A stretch of DNA of 64,000 bases from Bacteroidota bacterium (GCA_013298895.1 JAAFJM010000009.1:18619-82618); one strand, 5' to 3'. Shown: positions 20,475-30,469, numbered from the stretch's first letter. Numbers and translations are program-made. The notes: generated by a model not told the origin, from the sequence alone.

Positions 20475-22871
20475 CTATTTGTGTTTTACAAATTTTGAAA
20501 CAATTTTTTTAAAGAAAGATTTAGTTTCCTTTTTATCATCTGTGTAAGTATTGCCATAGCCATAACTGTACCCATATCCGTAACCATATCCATAGCCGTA
20601 ATTGTAGTTATAATTACCTACTCCACGTTTTTTTATACCATTGTATATTAGGTTGATATTATTCAATTCGTTATTGGTATAAAACTTTTGAATCATCTTT
20701 AAAAAGTATTTTAAAGTGTAACCATGTCGCAACACATACAAACAAATATTTGAATACTTGTTAAGCAGTTTTGCATCGGTTACTAGCCCAATTGGAGGTG
20801 AATCAATTACAATATAATCAAATTGTTGTTTCAACTCGTTCATGAGTTCATCCAATTTCCCATTCAAAATAAGTTCTGTTGGATTTGGAGGAACAGTTCC
20901 CGCAGGAATTACATACAATGAATCAAAGTCTTCTACTTTTATTATAATATCATCAATACTTATTTTATTTAATAAATAATTGGTTATTCCTGGCTCGCGC
21001 TGAACGTTTAATAAAATGTTTATTTTAGGCTTTCTTAAATCAAGCTCCATTATGGCAACCTTTTGTCCTGAAAGGGCTAAACTATTTGCTAGATTTACCG
21101 ATAAAAAACTTTTCCCTTCACCTGAAATGGAGGAAGTAAATAATATGGTTTTACAACCTTCAATATGATACAATTTCTCTTGAACTGCCGTTCTTAAAGA
21201 TCTTAATTGCTCTGCAATAATGGAACGATTATGGTGTTTTATGGCTATTGGATCTTTATTTTCATTAAAGTTTATTTCAGCAATAACCTCAGCCGATGTT
21301 TCTTCTTCAATTTGCGATCTGAAAATTATTTTATTATTTAAATCTTCTTTTATAAAAATATAAACTATAACAATAACAATTGATAATGAAATGGCAATTA
21401 AATAAATGGTTAATGGAATTGGTTTAATGGGCACATTTCCTGCTTGTGCATTATCTAATATGATACCATCCGAAACTGTTGCAGCAAATGAAAGTTCAGC
21501 CTCTTCTTTGGTTTGAAGTAAGAAAGTGTATATATTATTTTTAATGGTTTGTTGTCTTGTTAAATCAAATAACTCACGCTCAAAAAAAGGAATTTTATAT
21601 AACTCAAGTTTTACTTTTTCAAGTTCAAAATTCAGTTTATTTTCTTTTATGATAAGGTTACTGTTGATGGTTTTTATATTATCGTTGATGTCAAGTTTAG
21701 TTCTGTTAATTTTATTTTGAACTGCTATTATAGACTGTGTATTTTGACCACCTTTAATTTCTAATTGCGTTTTTTCTGATTCTAATTCAATTAATTTAGC
21801 CAATAAATTTAATAAAACAGGGTCTGAAATATCATTGGTAGCAGGCACCAAGCCGGGACCATTATTTTTATTGCTTATATAATTTTGGATGGAAAGAAGT
21901 ATTTCCTTTTGGATTTGAACATTGGATAAGTTTTTATAAATATCATTTGTCAATGTTAAAATTGCTGAACCAGTGCTTGATAAATCACTTATACCATTAT
22001 TCGACTTAAATGATTCAATTTCTTTTTCAATAAGCTTTAGGTCATTGTTCACTAACTGTATTCTGCCGTTTATAAAGTTAATGGTATTTAACGATTTCTG
22101 ATTTTTGTTTTCAATAACTGCTTGATTATATACTTTAATGATGGTATTTAATATTTTTTCTGAACGTAAAGCTACTGGGTCGGTAAGTTTTAATAAAATG
22201 GTACTTGCCTCTTTCGAATTTGGAGTAACTCTTAACCTGCCAAGTATTTGAGCCGACACATGTTTAATGGTTAAAATCTTAAAATAAAAATTACTGCTTT
22301 TTGCTAAATCTCGTCCTTTATTATTGATATGAAATATAAGTTTTCCATAGGGTGTATTAACAATTGTATCTAATAAATATTTTACTTCATTTACTATTAT
22401 ATAATTTTCGTTTTTATGGTAGTAAAATCCAATTTCTTCGATATGTTCATTTAATAAATCAGGTTCAGGCGAAGTAATGGATATAGGTGAATTATTGTAA
22501 GATAAAATATCTCTGAATTTCCCTTCAAAATAAATGGGTATATATAAATTTAATTCCTTAACTACTTCGTTTATTACTTTACTTGATTTAATTAATTCAA
22601 TTTCGTTTTCAACTGAAGTATTTTCATCCATATTTACTAATTCATCAAGCACTTTAGTTTCAACTTTGCTTGCTTGTTGGTTTTTCAGTAAAATTTGAGC
22701 TGTGGCTTCAAATACGGGCGTTTGAAGTTTTAAAAATAACCATGCGCATAGAATCGAAACTATGAATGATAAAATAAATAATGGCCAAAATGGAACAAAT
22801 CTATAGATAATATTATTAAGAATATTACCAGTTTTTTTACCTTCAAAAGGATTATTCAACTCTTTAATCAT
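20475..22871 (-). CDS. wzc: Polysaccharide co-polymerase / BY-kinase
   Basis: Two TM segments flank a coiled-coil periplasmic region. Walker A SSISGEGKS, DLRKP, IDSPP, and a C-terminal cluster of 11 Tyr (NYNYNYGYGYGYGYGYSYGYGNTY). Confidence 0.95.
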   Translation of the reverse strand: MIKELNNPFEGKKTGNILNNIIYRFVPFWPLFILSFIVSILCAWLFLKLQTPVFEATAQILLKNQQASKVETKVLDELVNMDENTSVENEIELIKSSKVINEVVKELNLYIPIYFEGKFRDILSYNNSPISITSPEPDLLNEHIEEIGFYYHKNENYIIVNEVKYLLDTIVNTPYGKLIFHINNKGRDLAKSSNFYFKILTIKHVSAQILGRLRVTPNSKEASTILLKLTDPVALRSEKILNTIIKVYNQAVIENKNQKSLNTINFINGRIQLVNNDLKLIEKEIESFKSNNGISDLSSTGSAILTLTNDIYKNLSNVQIQKEILLSIQNYISNKNNGPGLVPATNDISDPVLLNLLAKLIELESEKTQLEIKGGQNTQSIIAVQNKINRTKLDINDNIKTINSNLIIKENKLNFELEKVKLELYKIPFFERELFDLTRQQTIKNNIYTFLLQTKEEAELSFAATVSDGIILDNAQAGNVPIKPIPLTIYLIAISLSIVIVIVYIFIKEDLNNKIIFRSQIEEETSAEVIAEINFNENKDPIAIKHHNRSIIAEQLRSLRTAVQEKLYHIEGCKTILFTSSISGEGKSFLSVNLANSLALSGQKVAIMELDLRKPKINILLNVQREPGITNYLLNKISIDDIIIKVEDFDSLYVIPAGTVPPNPTELILNGKLDELMNELKQQFDYIVIDSPPIGLVTDAKLLNKYSNICLYVLRHGYTLKYFLKMIQKFYTNNELNNINLIYNGIKKRGVGNYNYNYGYGYGYGYGYSYGYGNTYTDDKKETKSFFKKIVSKFVKHK

Positions 22872-22882
22872 GTTTATCTTAA

Positions 22883-23620
22883 TTACCTATTGAAACTTAA
22901 AATTAAAACAGTAAGTGTTAAAATTCCTGTTGCAAATCCTAAAATTGAACGACTTTGGCTTGCATTGAATGCCCTAATGGCATTAGGTTCAACGTATATT
23001 ATATCTCTGTTTTGTAAATTAAAATAATAAGGATTAAACATTACCGAATCGTTAAGACTAAATCTCTTAAATGTTCTCACACCATTCTGTTCGCGTATTA
23101 ACAAAATGTTATTCCTTTTGGCAAAAACAGTTAAATCGCCTGATAGCCCTAAAAGTTCAGGAAGTGTTATTTGTTCTTCTGGTATGTTGACCAATCCGGG
23201 TTTATTTACTTCGCCTAGTATGGTAACATGAAAATTCATTACTTTTACTATTGCTAAAGGGTTTTTAGCAATTTTCTTTTCTATTAATGATGTTTCAATT
23301 TTAGTTTTTAAAGCTTCTTTGGTTAATTCAATTACTTTTATTTTTCCAATAAAAGGAAAATCAATCATTCCTTGATTATCTATTTTATAAGAACCATTTG
23401 TATTGAAGGTGTTAACCTGTATTTGTGTTTGTTCATCTAAATTTCCTAGTAATATTTGTAAAATATCTGATTTGTCAATTAAATTTGAGTCGACCAAATA
23501 ATTAATTTTAGTTTGATCTTCTTTTTTAACCTGCTGAAAACTTGAAATTTCCTTATTACTAAAACAAGATGAGAAAATGATTATTAAGAAAATGGAAATA
23601 CTTAAATTACTGAATTTCAT
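22883..23620 (-). CDS. wza: Polysaccharide export outer-membrane lipoprotein
   Basis: Lipobox IFSSC, Poly_export region (GMIDFPFIG), SLBB region (VTILGEVNKPG, GDLT) and DIIYVEPN. Confidence 0.92.
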   Translation of the reverse strand: MKFSNLSISIFLIIIFSSCFSNKEISSFQQVKKEDQTKINYLVDSNLIDKSDILQILLGNLDEQTQIQVNTFNTNGSYKIDNQGMIDFPFIGKIKVIELTKEALKTKIETSLIEKKIAKNPLAIVKVMNFHVTILGEVNKPGLVNIPEEQITLPELLGLSGDLTVFAKRNNILLIREQNGVRTFKRFSLNDSVMFNPYYFNLQNRDIIYVEPNAIRAFNASQSRSILGFATGILTLTVLILSFNR

Positions 23621-24196
23621 TATTTTTTATTATATAGCTTCGCCTAGTCAGTCACATGTTTGTAACTGATTATTTGTGATGTTTCTTAAAAAATTAGTAG
23701 ATTATTTTGTAAATAAATCAGGTGCGAAAATGAATTTTAAAAAGGGGAGTTAAGTTAAGTAAGTATGATATAATGCTATACTTAATGTTAATTTGGTGTT
23801 AGCTAAATGCTAAGAATTAGAACAAGATTTTTATATTATATACAATTAATTAATATAGCATTTTTCTTGTAAAAAAAACCGTTTTAGTTTTGGACTAAAA
23901 TGATTTGAATTGTAAGCTACTATTTAATGTTTGTATTGAGTTTACGCAGACAAAAACATATATAAAATATTAAAACAGTAAATTACAGTTTTCCAATGCA
24001 ACGATTGGTTCTTACTTTTTCTCTTATCCGCCACCACACAGCACAACTGAAATTTATTTGATAGTTGTCTTTTTACACCTTTCAAACCTTTGTCAATCGT
24101 CAATATTTGGCGTAATAGTTCGTTAATTCTTGGGGTTCGACATAAATAAAATAAAATACTTTTTATTTATCAATTTATTAATTAAAATTACATGTT

Positions 24197-24826
24197 TTGC
24201 CAATCGTATTTATAAAAAATATAACCAACGACATAATATTAGGATTATGGAAAATAAAGGAGCCGAAATCTTTTTTTGTGGAAAAATTAGGCAGCCATTT
24301 AATTGATAAATCTAAACCTATAAATCCTGCTGAAAATGTGGGCTTACATTGGTTTGCAAGTAGATATTTGCTTCAACAATTATTTAAAGCATCTAGTATT
24401 GAAATCCATAAAAATGAAAACAATAAACCAACTTTATTTATTGATAATAATAAATACTATGTTAGCATTTCTCATTCATTCGAATACGTTGGTATTATGT
24501 TTAGTAAGCATCATGAACTTGGATTTGATATTGAAAAAATAGATACCAGAATAGAGCGAGTGGCTCATAAATTTTTAAATAATAATGAACAATTATTTGC
24601 ACAAAACATTATAACGAAAACACTAATTTGGAGCGCAAAGGAAAGTGTTTATAAATGGTATGGTAAAAAGGAACTTGATTTTAAATTGCACATGGAAATG
24701 CAATCATTTACAGAAAAAAATGAAGGTGAATTTATCTGTAAACTTAATAAAAATGAACTCAAAATAGAAATACCGGTTAATTATTTCCTCATGGATAATT
24801 ATGTATTCACGTTTTGCTTCCAATAA
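24197..24826 (+). CDS. 4'-phosphopantetheinyl transferase (Sfp/EntD-like)
   Basis: NKP, SISHS, GFDIEK and WSAKESVYK. TTG start. Confidence 0.9.
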   Translation: MPIVFIKNITNDIILGLWKIKEPKSFFVEKLGSHLIDKSKPINPAENVGLHWFASRYLLQQLFKASSIEIHKNENNKPTLFIDNNKYYVSISHSFEYVGIMFSKHHELGFDIEKIDTRIERVAHKFLNNNEQLFAQNIITKTLIWSAKESVYKWYGKKELDFKLHMEMQSFTEKNEGEFICKLNKNELKIEIPVNYFLMDNYVFTFCFQ

Positions 24827-24853
24827 AATTATTCCCTTAATTAAATAACAAAC

Positions 24854-25258
24854 ATGTTAGAAAATATAGAACACATAGGAATTGCAGTAAAAAATGCCGA
24901 AGAAAGCATGAAGTTATTTAACGCATTGCTAAATACTAAACCTTATAAAGAAGAGGCTGTAATTAGCGAGAATGTTAGAACAATTTTTTATAAAACTGGT
25001 GAAACTAAGATAGAATTACTAGAATCAAGTAACGATGAAAGTGCAATAGCCAAGTTTATTGAAAAAAAAGGGGAAGGAATACACCATATTGCTTTTGCTG
25101 TGAAGGATATTTACGCTGAAATAGAAAGACTAAAAACTGAAGGATTTGTATTTGTGAATGAAACTCCTAAAAAAGGTGCTGATAATAAATTAATTGTTTT
25201 TTTACACCCTAAAAGTAGCAATGGTGTTTTAATAGAACTTTGTCAGGAAATTATTTAA
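24854..25258 (+). CDS. mce: Methylmalonyl-CoA epimerase
   Basis: HIGIAV, IELLE, GEGIHHIAF, FLHPKS and LIELCQ. Confidence 0.95.
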   Translation: MLENIEHIGIAVKNAEESMKLFNALLNTKPYKEEAVISENVRTIFYKTGETKIELLESSNDESAIAKFIEKKGEGIHHIAFAVKDIYAEIERLKTEGFVFVNETPKKGADNKLIVFLHPKSSNGVLIELCQEII

Positions 25259-25286
25259 CAAAACTAGCCTAAAAAAAAGATAGCCT

Positions 25287-26093
25287 TTATTTAAATGGAC
25301 TATCTTTTTCTTTTGCAATGGTATTATACACCAATTTATCTAGTATTCTTGGAACAAATTTTTGAAGTAAAAAACTCAGTTTACCTTGTAAAGTGAGCAC
25401 TTGTTCAGCTTTTTTAGTAGTAATCATATTTAGAATATAATCGGCCACTGCTTCAGCTGACATCAATTTACTTTCGTCAAAAGGGCTTTCTGCTTGGCTT
25501 TTAGCATCCTTATTCAAAGCTGCATTTCTAATATTGGAAGCGGTATAACCGGGGCGCATAACACCTACGTGTAAGCCTGTTTTCAAGTTTTCAATGCGTA
25601 ACGATTCCATAAACCCTTCCATAGCAAATTTACTTGCGCTATATCCTGTTCTTCCTGGTAAACCTTTAAAACCAGCTACTGAACTAATTCCTATAACGCT
25701 TCCTTTTTGAGCTAACAAATAAGTCATGGCATATTTGGTACAATAAACTGTTCCCCAAAAATTAATATCCATTACTTGCTTTAAAACCGCCAAATCTAAA
25801 TCGGCAAACAATGCACGCATACTAATTCCTGCATTATTTATCAATATATCAATGGTTTTAAATTGAGCTACAGTTTGGTTGATTAAATTTTTGCAATCTT
25901 CCTCCAAACTAACATCGCATTGAACCAAAAGTGTTTGTGCTCCCAATGCTTCACATTGCTGTTTTACATGGTTCAATTTATCAATAGAACGAGCAGCCAA
26001 AACCACTTTTGCTCCTTGTTTGGCAAATGCGTAAGCACACGCCTCTCCTATTCCTGACGAAGCTCCTGTGATGATAACAACTTTATTCTTCAA
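25287..26093 (-). CDS. Short-chain dehydrogenase/reductase
   Basis: TGASSGIG, NNAG and catalytic YSASK. Confidence 0.95.
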   Translation of the reverse strand: MKNKVVIITGASSGIGEACAYAFAKQGAKVVLAARSIDKLNHVKQQCEALGAQTLLVQCDVSLEEDCKNLINQTVAQFKTIDILINNAGISMRALFADLDLAVLKQVMDINFWGTVYCTKYAMTYLLAQKGSVIGISSVAGFKGLPGRTGYSASKFAMEGFMESLRIENLKTGLHVGVMRPGYTASNIRNAALNKDAKSQAESPFDESKLMSAEAVADYILNMITTKKAEQVLTLQGKLSFLLQKFVPRILDKLVYNTIAKEKDSPFK

Positions 26094-26188
26094 ATTTTGA
26101 ATGTTGGATTTTGAATGTTGAATTGAAATATGAACTCATCATTTTGAAATAGATAATCATTCAAAACTCAGCATTCATAATTTCGGTT

Positions 26189-26725
26189 CTATTTCCAAAT
26201 AATGGGTGTTCCAAATGCTGGAATAAAAGGAAAATCTGGCTCAATTCCGTCTAATGCTTCTTCAATGGCATCTTCTAAATACGCTTGAGTTACCATGTTT
26301 TCATTTTCCCAAGCATCATCAATTGCACCTTTATAGACTAGCTCACGTTTTGCATTGAATAAAAATACTTCAGGATTGGTTTGAGCTCCAAATTTTTTAG
26401 CTACTTCTTGTGTATCATCTTTTAAATACAAAAAGTTTATTTTATCCAAACCAAATTTGTAAGCAGCTTTGGTCATGTGCTCCAAACTATCTTCAGGCGA
26501 TTTAACACTATCGTTGCTATTAATACCTACAATTCCTAAATTATCTTCTTCGTATTTCGCAAATAATTTGATTAATCGTTGGCTATATGATTGCGATATT
26601 TCTGAACTATCGCAAGTAAAAATTACTACCAATGCATATTTATCGGCATACTCAAAGCTTGAGTGTTTTTTATTGTCAAAACCAGTTAGGTTAAATTCGG
26701 GTAACTTATCTCCTATTTGTAACAT
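26189..26725 (-). CDS. Thioredoxin-like AhpC/TSA (PRX-like) protein with only one cysteine
   Basis: IGDKLPEFNL, GINSND, YLKDDTQEVAKKFGA, PEVFLF and YKGAIDD. Confidence 0.85.
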   Translation of the reverse strand: MLQIGDKLPEFNLTGFDNKKHSSFEYADKYALVVIFTCDSSEISQSYSQRLIKLFAKYEEDNLGIVGINSNDSVKSPEDSLEHMTKAAYKFGLDKINFLYLKDDTQEVAKKFGAQTNPEVFLFNAKRELVYKGAIDDAWENENMVTQAYLEDAIEEALDGIEPDFPFIPAFGTPIIWK

Positions 26726-26788
26726 ATTTATAAGGGTATTTAGGTTTATTTATTGTTAAAATTTAATGTTCAATAATACTAAAATTAG

Positions 26789-29014
26789 TTACAATTTCTC
26801 TAACCAAAAATTTAACATTTTGGTGTATAAATGTAAACGTGTTTTTCCTCCACTAATTCCGTGGTTTTTATTGGGATAATACTCTGAATCGAAGGCAATA
26901 TTTTTCTTAATCATGGCATCTACCATTTCTACAGCATTTTGAAAATGTACATTGTCATCAGCAGTTCCATGTATAATTAAATAGTTTCCTTTAATTTTCT
27001 CTACATGGCTTAACGGTGAGTTTTCATCATAATTTTTGCCATTTTCTTGCGGAGTGCGCATGTAACGCTCTGTGTATATATTATCGTAAAAGCGCCAATT
27101 AGTTACTGGTGCTACAGCTATAGCCGATTTAAATACATCAGCACCTTTACTAATAGCCAAACTAGCCATATAACCTCCAAAACTCCAACCCCAAAAACCA
27201 ATTCGTTTTGAATCTACATAACTTAGTTTACCTAATTCGCCAGCCAAGAATATTTGGTCTTCAATTTCGTATTTACCCAAATTTAAATAGGTACATTTTT
27301 TAAATGCTTCACCTTTAAAACCAGTTCCACGAGCATCGGCACAAAAAATAATATAACCTTTATTGGCCAATACTTGGTAAAAATAGTAGTTACTTCCCAT
27401 CCATCTATCCACGGCTAACTGATGACCAGGGCCATTGTAAGCATACATAATAACTGGATATTTTTTATTGGGGTCAAAGTTTTCTGGTTTAATAATAAAA
27501 GCATTTAAATCATCTCCATTGCCATTTTTTATAGGTATAAATTGTGCTTTAGCTATTTCAAAATCAGCTAATTTAGTATTTAATTTTTCGTTACTTTCTA
27601 ATGTACGTAATTGGTTACCTGCGGCAGTATGAATGGTATAAACTGGAGGGGTGTTTATATTGCTCCAAGTATTTAAAAAATATGATAAACTGCTGTTAAA
27701 TGTTGGACTACTCCAACCATGTTTGGGAGTTAAATTCTTTTTGTTTTTGCCATTCAAACCAATGCTGTATACAAAACGTTCGGCTGATAAATTTTTACTT
27801 ACTTTACCTTCTATAAATTCAGGACTTGAGTAAAAAATGGTTTTTGTTTTTTCATCTATGCCATAAAATGCATCTACATCAAAATTACCATTGGTTATTT
27901 GTTTTACCAATTTACCTTTCAAATCGTATTGATATAAATGGTTGTAACCATTGCGTTCACTGGTAATAATAAAAGTTTTGTTATCGTTTAAAAAAGTTAA
28001 ATTATCGGTAATTTCTACATAGTATTTATTTTCTTCGGTATAAATTACACTTGATTTTCCAGTACTGGTATTTGCCAATAATACTTCTAATTTATTTTGT
28101 AAACGATTTAAGCGCTGAATAGCCAATACATTATTGTCTTTGGTAAATTGAATACGAGGAATATAAATGTCGGCCTCTTTACCGATTTCCATTTCAGCAT
28201 TTAACTCTGAACGTAAATCATATACCAAAATACCGATGGTAGAGTTAGCCTCGCCTGCTTTTGGGTATTTAAACTTGGTTTGAGTTGGGTATAATTTGCC
28301 ATACATGGTCATTTCAAACTCTTTTACTTTACTTTCGTCAAAACGGTAAAAAGCTATTTTATCGCTATTAGGACTCCAAGCAAAACCTTTCCAAATGGCA
28401 AACTCTTCTTCGTAAACCCAATCGGTAGCACCATTAATAATGCTATTGAATTTACCATCAGTAGTAATGGTTTCTTCCTTATTTAAAAACAAATCGTAGT
28501 AAAATAAATTATTGTCTTTTACATAAGCCAATTTATTGCCATCGGGCGAAAAAGTGGCATTCATTACCTTAAAAGTAAAAGGCTGAGTCAGTTTTTTCTT
28601 TTTTACATCGTACACAAAAATATTGGCTTGGGTAGAATGACGATACAAACTTTGGGTATTGCTGGTAAATAATATTTTATTTTCATCGGCACTAAACTCA
28701 AAATTATCAAAGACCAAAATACCACCATTAAATAATAAATCAGTATGTTTTAAAATGGTATCTACCAAATTACCTGTGGAAAATTCGTAACGCAAAATAT
28801 TGGCATCGTTATCTAAATTACAGTAATAACGACTATCGTTAAGCGATGTAAAACCACTAACACCCGCCATTTGAAAAGAGCCTTTAACATAAATATCATC
28901 TAGGCTAATTGGTTTTTTATTTTGCGCAATTAATGTTACTGAAAAAAGAAATAAAACTGCTAAAAACAGTGCGTTTTTTTTAGCCAAGTACGTTGGAGTA
29001 AGTTTATGTATCAT
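26789..29014 (-). CDS. Dipeptidyl peptidase IV (S9B)
   Basis: Signal peptide, DWVYEEE, nucleophile GWSFGG, HGTADDNVH and NHGI. Confidence 0.95.
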   Translation of the reverse strand: MIHKLTPTYLAKKNALFLAVLFLFSVTLIAQNKKPISLDDIYVKGSFQMAGVSGFTSLNDSRYYCNLDNDANILRYEFSTGNLVDTILKHTDLLFNGGILVFDNFEFSADENKILFTSNTQSLYRHSTQANIFVYDVKKKKLTQPFTFKVMNATFSPDGNKLAYVKDNNLFYYDLFLNKEETITTDGKFNSIINGATDWVYEEEFAIWKGFAWSPNSDKIAFYRFDESKVKEFEMTMYGKLYPTQTKFKYPKAGEANSTIGILVYDLRSELNAEMEIGKEADIYIPRIQFTKDNNVLAIQRLNRLQNKLEVLLANTSTGKSSVIYTEENKYYVEITDNLTFLNDNKTFIITSERNGYNHLYQYDLKGKLVKQITNGNFDVDAFYGIDEKTKTIFYSSPEFIEGKVSKNLSAERFVYSIGLNGKNKKNLTPKHGWSSPTFNSSLSYFLNTWSNINTPPVYTIHTAAGNQLRTLESNEKLNTKLADFEIAKAQFIPIKNGNGDDLNAFIIKPENFDPNKKYPVIMYAYNGPGHQLAVDRWMGSNYYFYQVLANKGYIIFCADARGTGFKGEAFKKCTYLNLGKYEIEDQIFLAGELGKLSYVDSKRIGFWGWSFGGYMASLAISKGADVFKSAIAVAPVTNWRFYDNIYTERYMRTPQENGKNYDENSPLSHVEKIKGNYLIIHGTADDNVHFQNAVEMVDAMIKKNIAFDSEYYPNKNHGISGGKTRLHLYTKMLNFWLEKL

Positions 29015-29189
29015 GTTGGGTTTTGTTTAAAATAAAATAATGCCTTTTAAAATTTTATCACATTTAAATAATTAGGCATAGTTTATGTTTGCTGCAAATA
29101 AACACAAGCATTTTAAAAAAACTAAATACTTTTATGGAAATGGTAACAATTCTGTATCTGTATAATTAAAATCAAATAATTTAAAATTT

Positions 29190-29924
29190 ATGAAAACCAT
29201 CAAAAACGCGCTAATAATATTAGCATTTAGTATTTTAGGCTTAAATGCCATTGCTCAAAACAATCAAAACCAAATTATTAGAAAAAACATATCGGTTACA
29301 GGTACTGCCGAAATGGAAATTGTGCCCGATGAAATTTATGTTTCCATCACCTTGCAAGAATATAAAGAAAATGGAAACAAAGTGGTAATTGAAACTTTAG
29401 AAAAAGCCTTGCGCGAAGTACTAAATACCATGAAAATAGATGCTAAAAACCTAACCATTGAAAGTAGCTATGGTTACAGAAACTATATTCCTAAAAAACA
29501 CAAACAAAAAGAGTTTTTTTTAAGCAAAACCTACCAATTAAAAATGAGTGAGTTAAGTAAATACAATGAACTGATAGATAGACTAGATGATGAAGGCATA
29601 AGCCAAGTAAATATTAGCCGCACTCACCACAGTAAAATGGAAGAATTAAAAAAACAGCTAAAAATAAATGCCATTAAAGCTGCTAAAGAAAAAGCCGGTT
29701 ATTTATTAGTAGCCATTAACGAACAATTAGGCGAAGCATTGGAGGTAAACGACCAAGAAAGTAACGAAAATTTTCCTATTTATAGTAACTTTAGAGGCAA
29801 CAGAATGTATAAAGCAGAAGCTATGGGCAGTGCTGATGCTGTTTCAAATTGGGTCGAACCTGCCTTAGAAATGAAAACCATAAAAATTACTAGCCAAGTA
29901 AATGTGGTTTTTGCTATCAAATAA
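29190..29924 (+). CDS. SIMPL (DUF541) periplasmic protein
   Basis: Signal peptide, ISVTGTAEMEIVPDE, AIKAAKEKA and ITSQVNVVF. Confidence 0.9.
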   Translation: MKTIKNALIILAFSILGLNAIAQNNQNQIIRKNISVTGTAEMEIVPDEIYVSITLQEYKENGNKVVIETLEKALREVLNTMKIDAKNLTIESSYGYRNYIPKKHKQKEFFLSKTYQLKMSELSKYNELIDRLDDEGISQVNISRTHHSKMEELKKQLKINAIKAAKEKAGYLLVAINEQLGEALEVNDQESNENFPIYSNFRGNRMYKAEAMGSADAVSNWVEPALEMKTIKITSQVNVVFAIK

Positions 29925-29925
29925 G

Positions 29926-29967
29926 TTCGTAGTTTTTAGTTCTTAGTTCGAAGTTCGAAGTTTTAAG
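29926..29967 (+). repeat. Six degenerate in-phase heptamers directly after the stop codon
   Basis: ttcgtag tttttag ttcttag ttcgaag ttcgaag ttttaag. Confidence 0.8.
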
Positions 29968-29980
29968 CTCAAAATGTGAT

Positions 29981-30271
29981 AAGTGCAGGAACCATCTTCA
30001 TTGAAAGGAACAAAGCAATCTCAAGTTATATAAGCCATTGCTCGCTTGAGATTGCTTCACTGCATTCTCAATGACGTTTGTTGCTGATTATAAAGTTAAC
30101 TTTAATGTGAAGTAATCTTTTAAAGTAAGAAGATGCTTGCAGCATGACCGAGTGGAGAGTTTGGAGTGAGAAGTGCGGGACTATCGTCATTGCGAGGTAC
30201 GAAGCAATCTCAAGTTATATAAGCCATTGCTCGCTTGAATTTGCTTCACTGCGTTCTCAATGACGTTTGTT
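29981..30271. repeat. Two tandem copies (about 190-bp period) of a palindromic REP-like element
   Basis: An identical 37-bp core lies at 30013-30049 and 30202-30238. Copy 1 has a 13-bp perfect stem (aagcaatctcaag / cttgagattgctt) and an outer tcattga / tcaatga pair. Confidence 0.9.
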
Positions 30272-30440
30272 TATGATCCCAGTTAACTTTGTCAAAGTTA
30301 AGGTTATTGGAAAGCACTAATTTAATTAAAGCAAGATGCTCACAGATCAACCTAATAGAGAGGCTAAATTGTAAAAATAAAGGCAATTTATTACTATAAA
30401 AATGTTGAATTAAACGTCTTTAACAAATACCAAACTAAAT

Positions 30441-30469
30441 TGAGATTGCTTTTTTAAGATCGCAATGAC
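30441..30469. repeat. Right half of a third, decayed copy of the same REP-like element
   Basis: tgagattgct...cgcaatgac matches the 3' arm of the two upstream copies. Confidence 0.6.

Noticed and set aside
20545-20616. Tyr-Gly repeat at the end of wzc
   Set aside because: It is the normal BY-kinase autophosphorylation cluster. Codons vary, so it is not a DNA-level microsatellite.
24133-24141. GGGGTTCGA resembling a tRNA T-loop
   Set aside because: There is no complementary T-stem, acceptor stem or anticodon arm around it.
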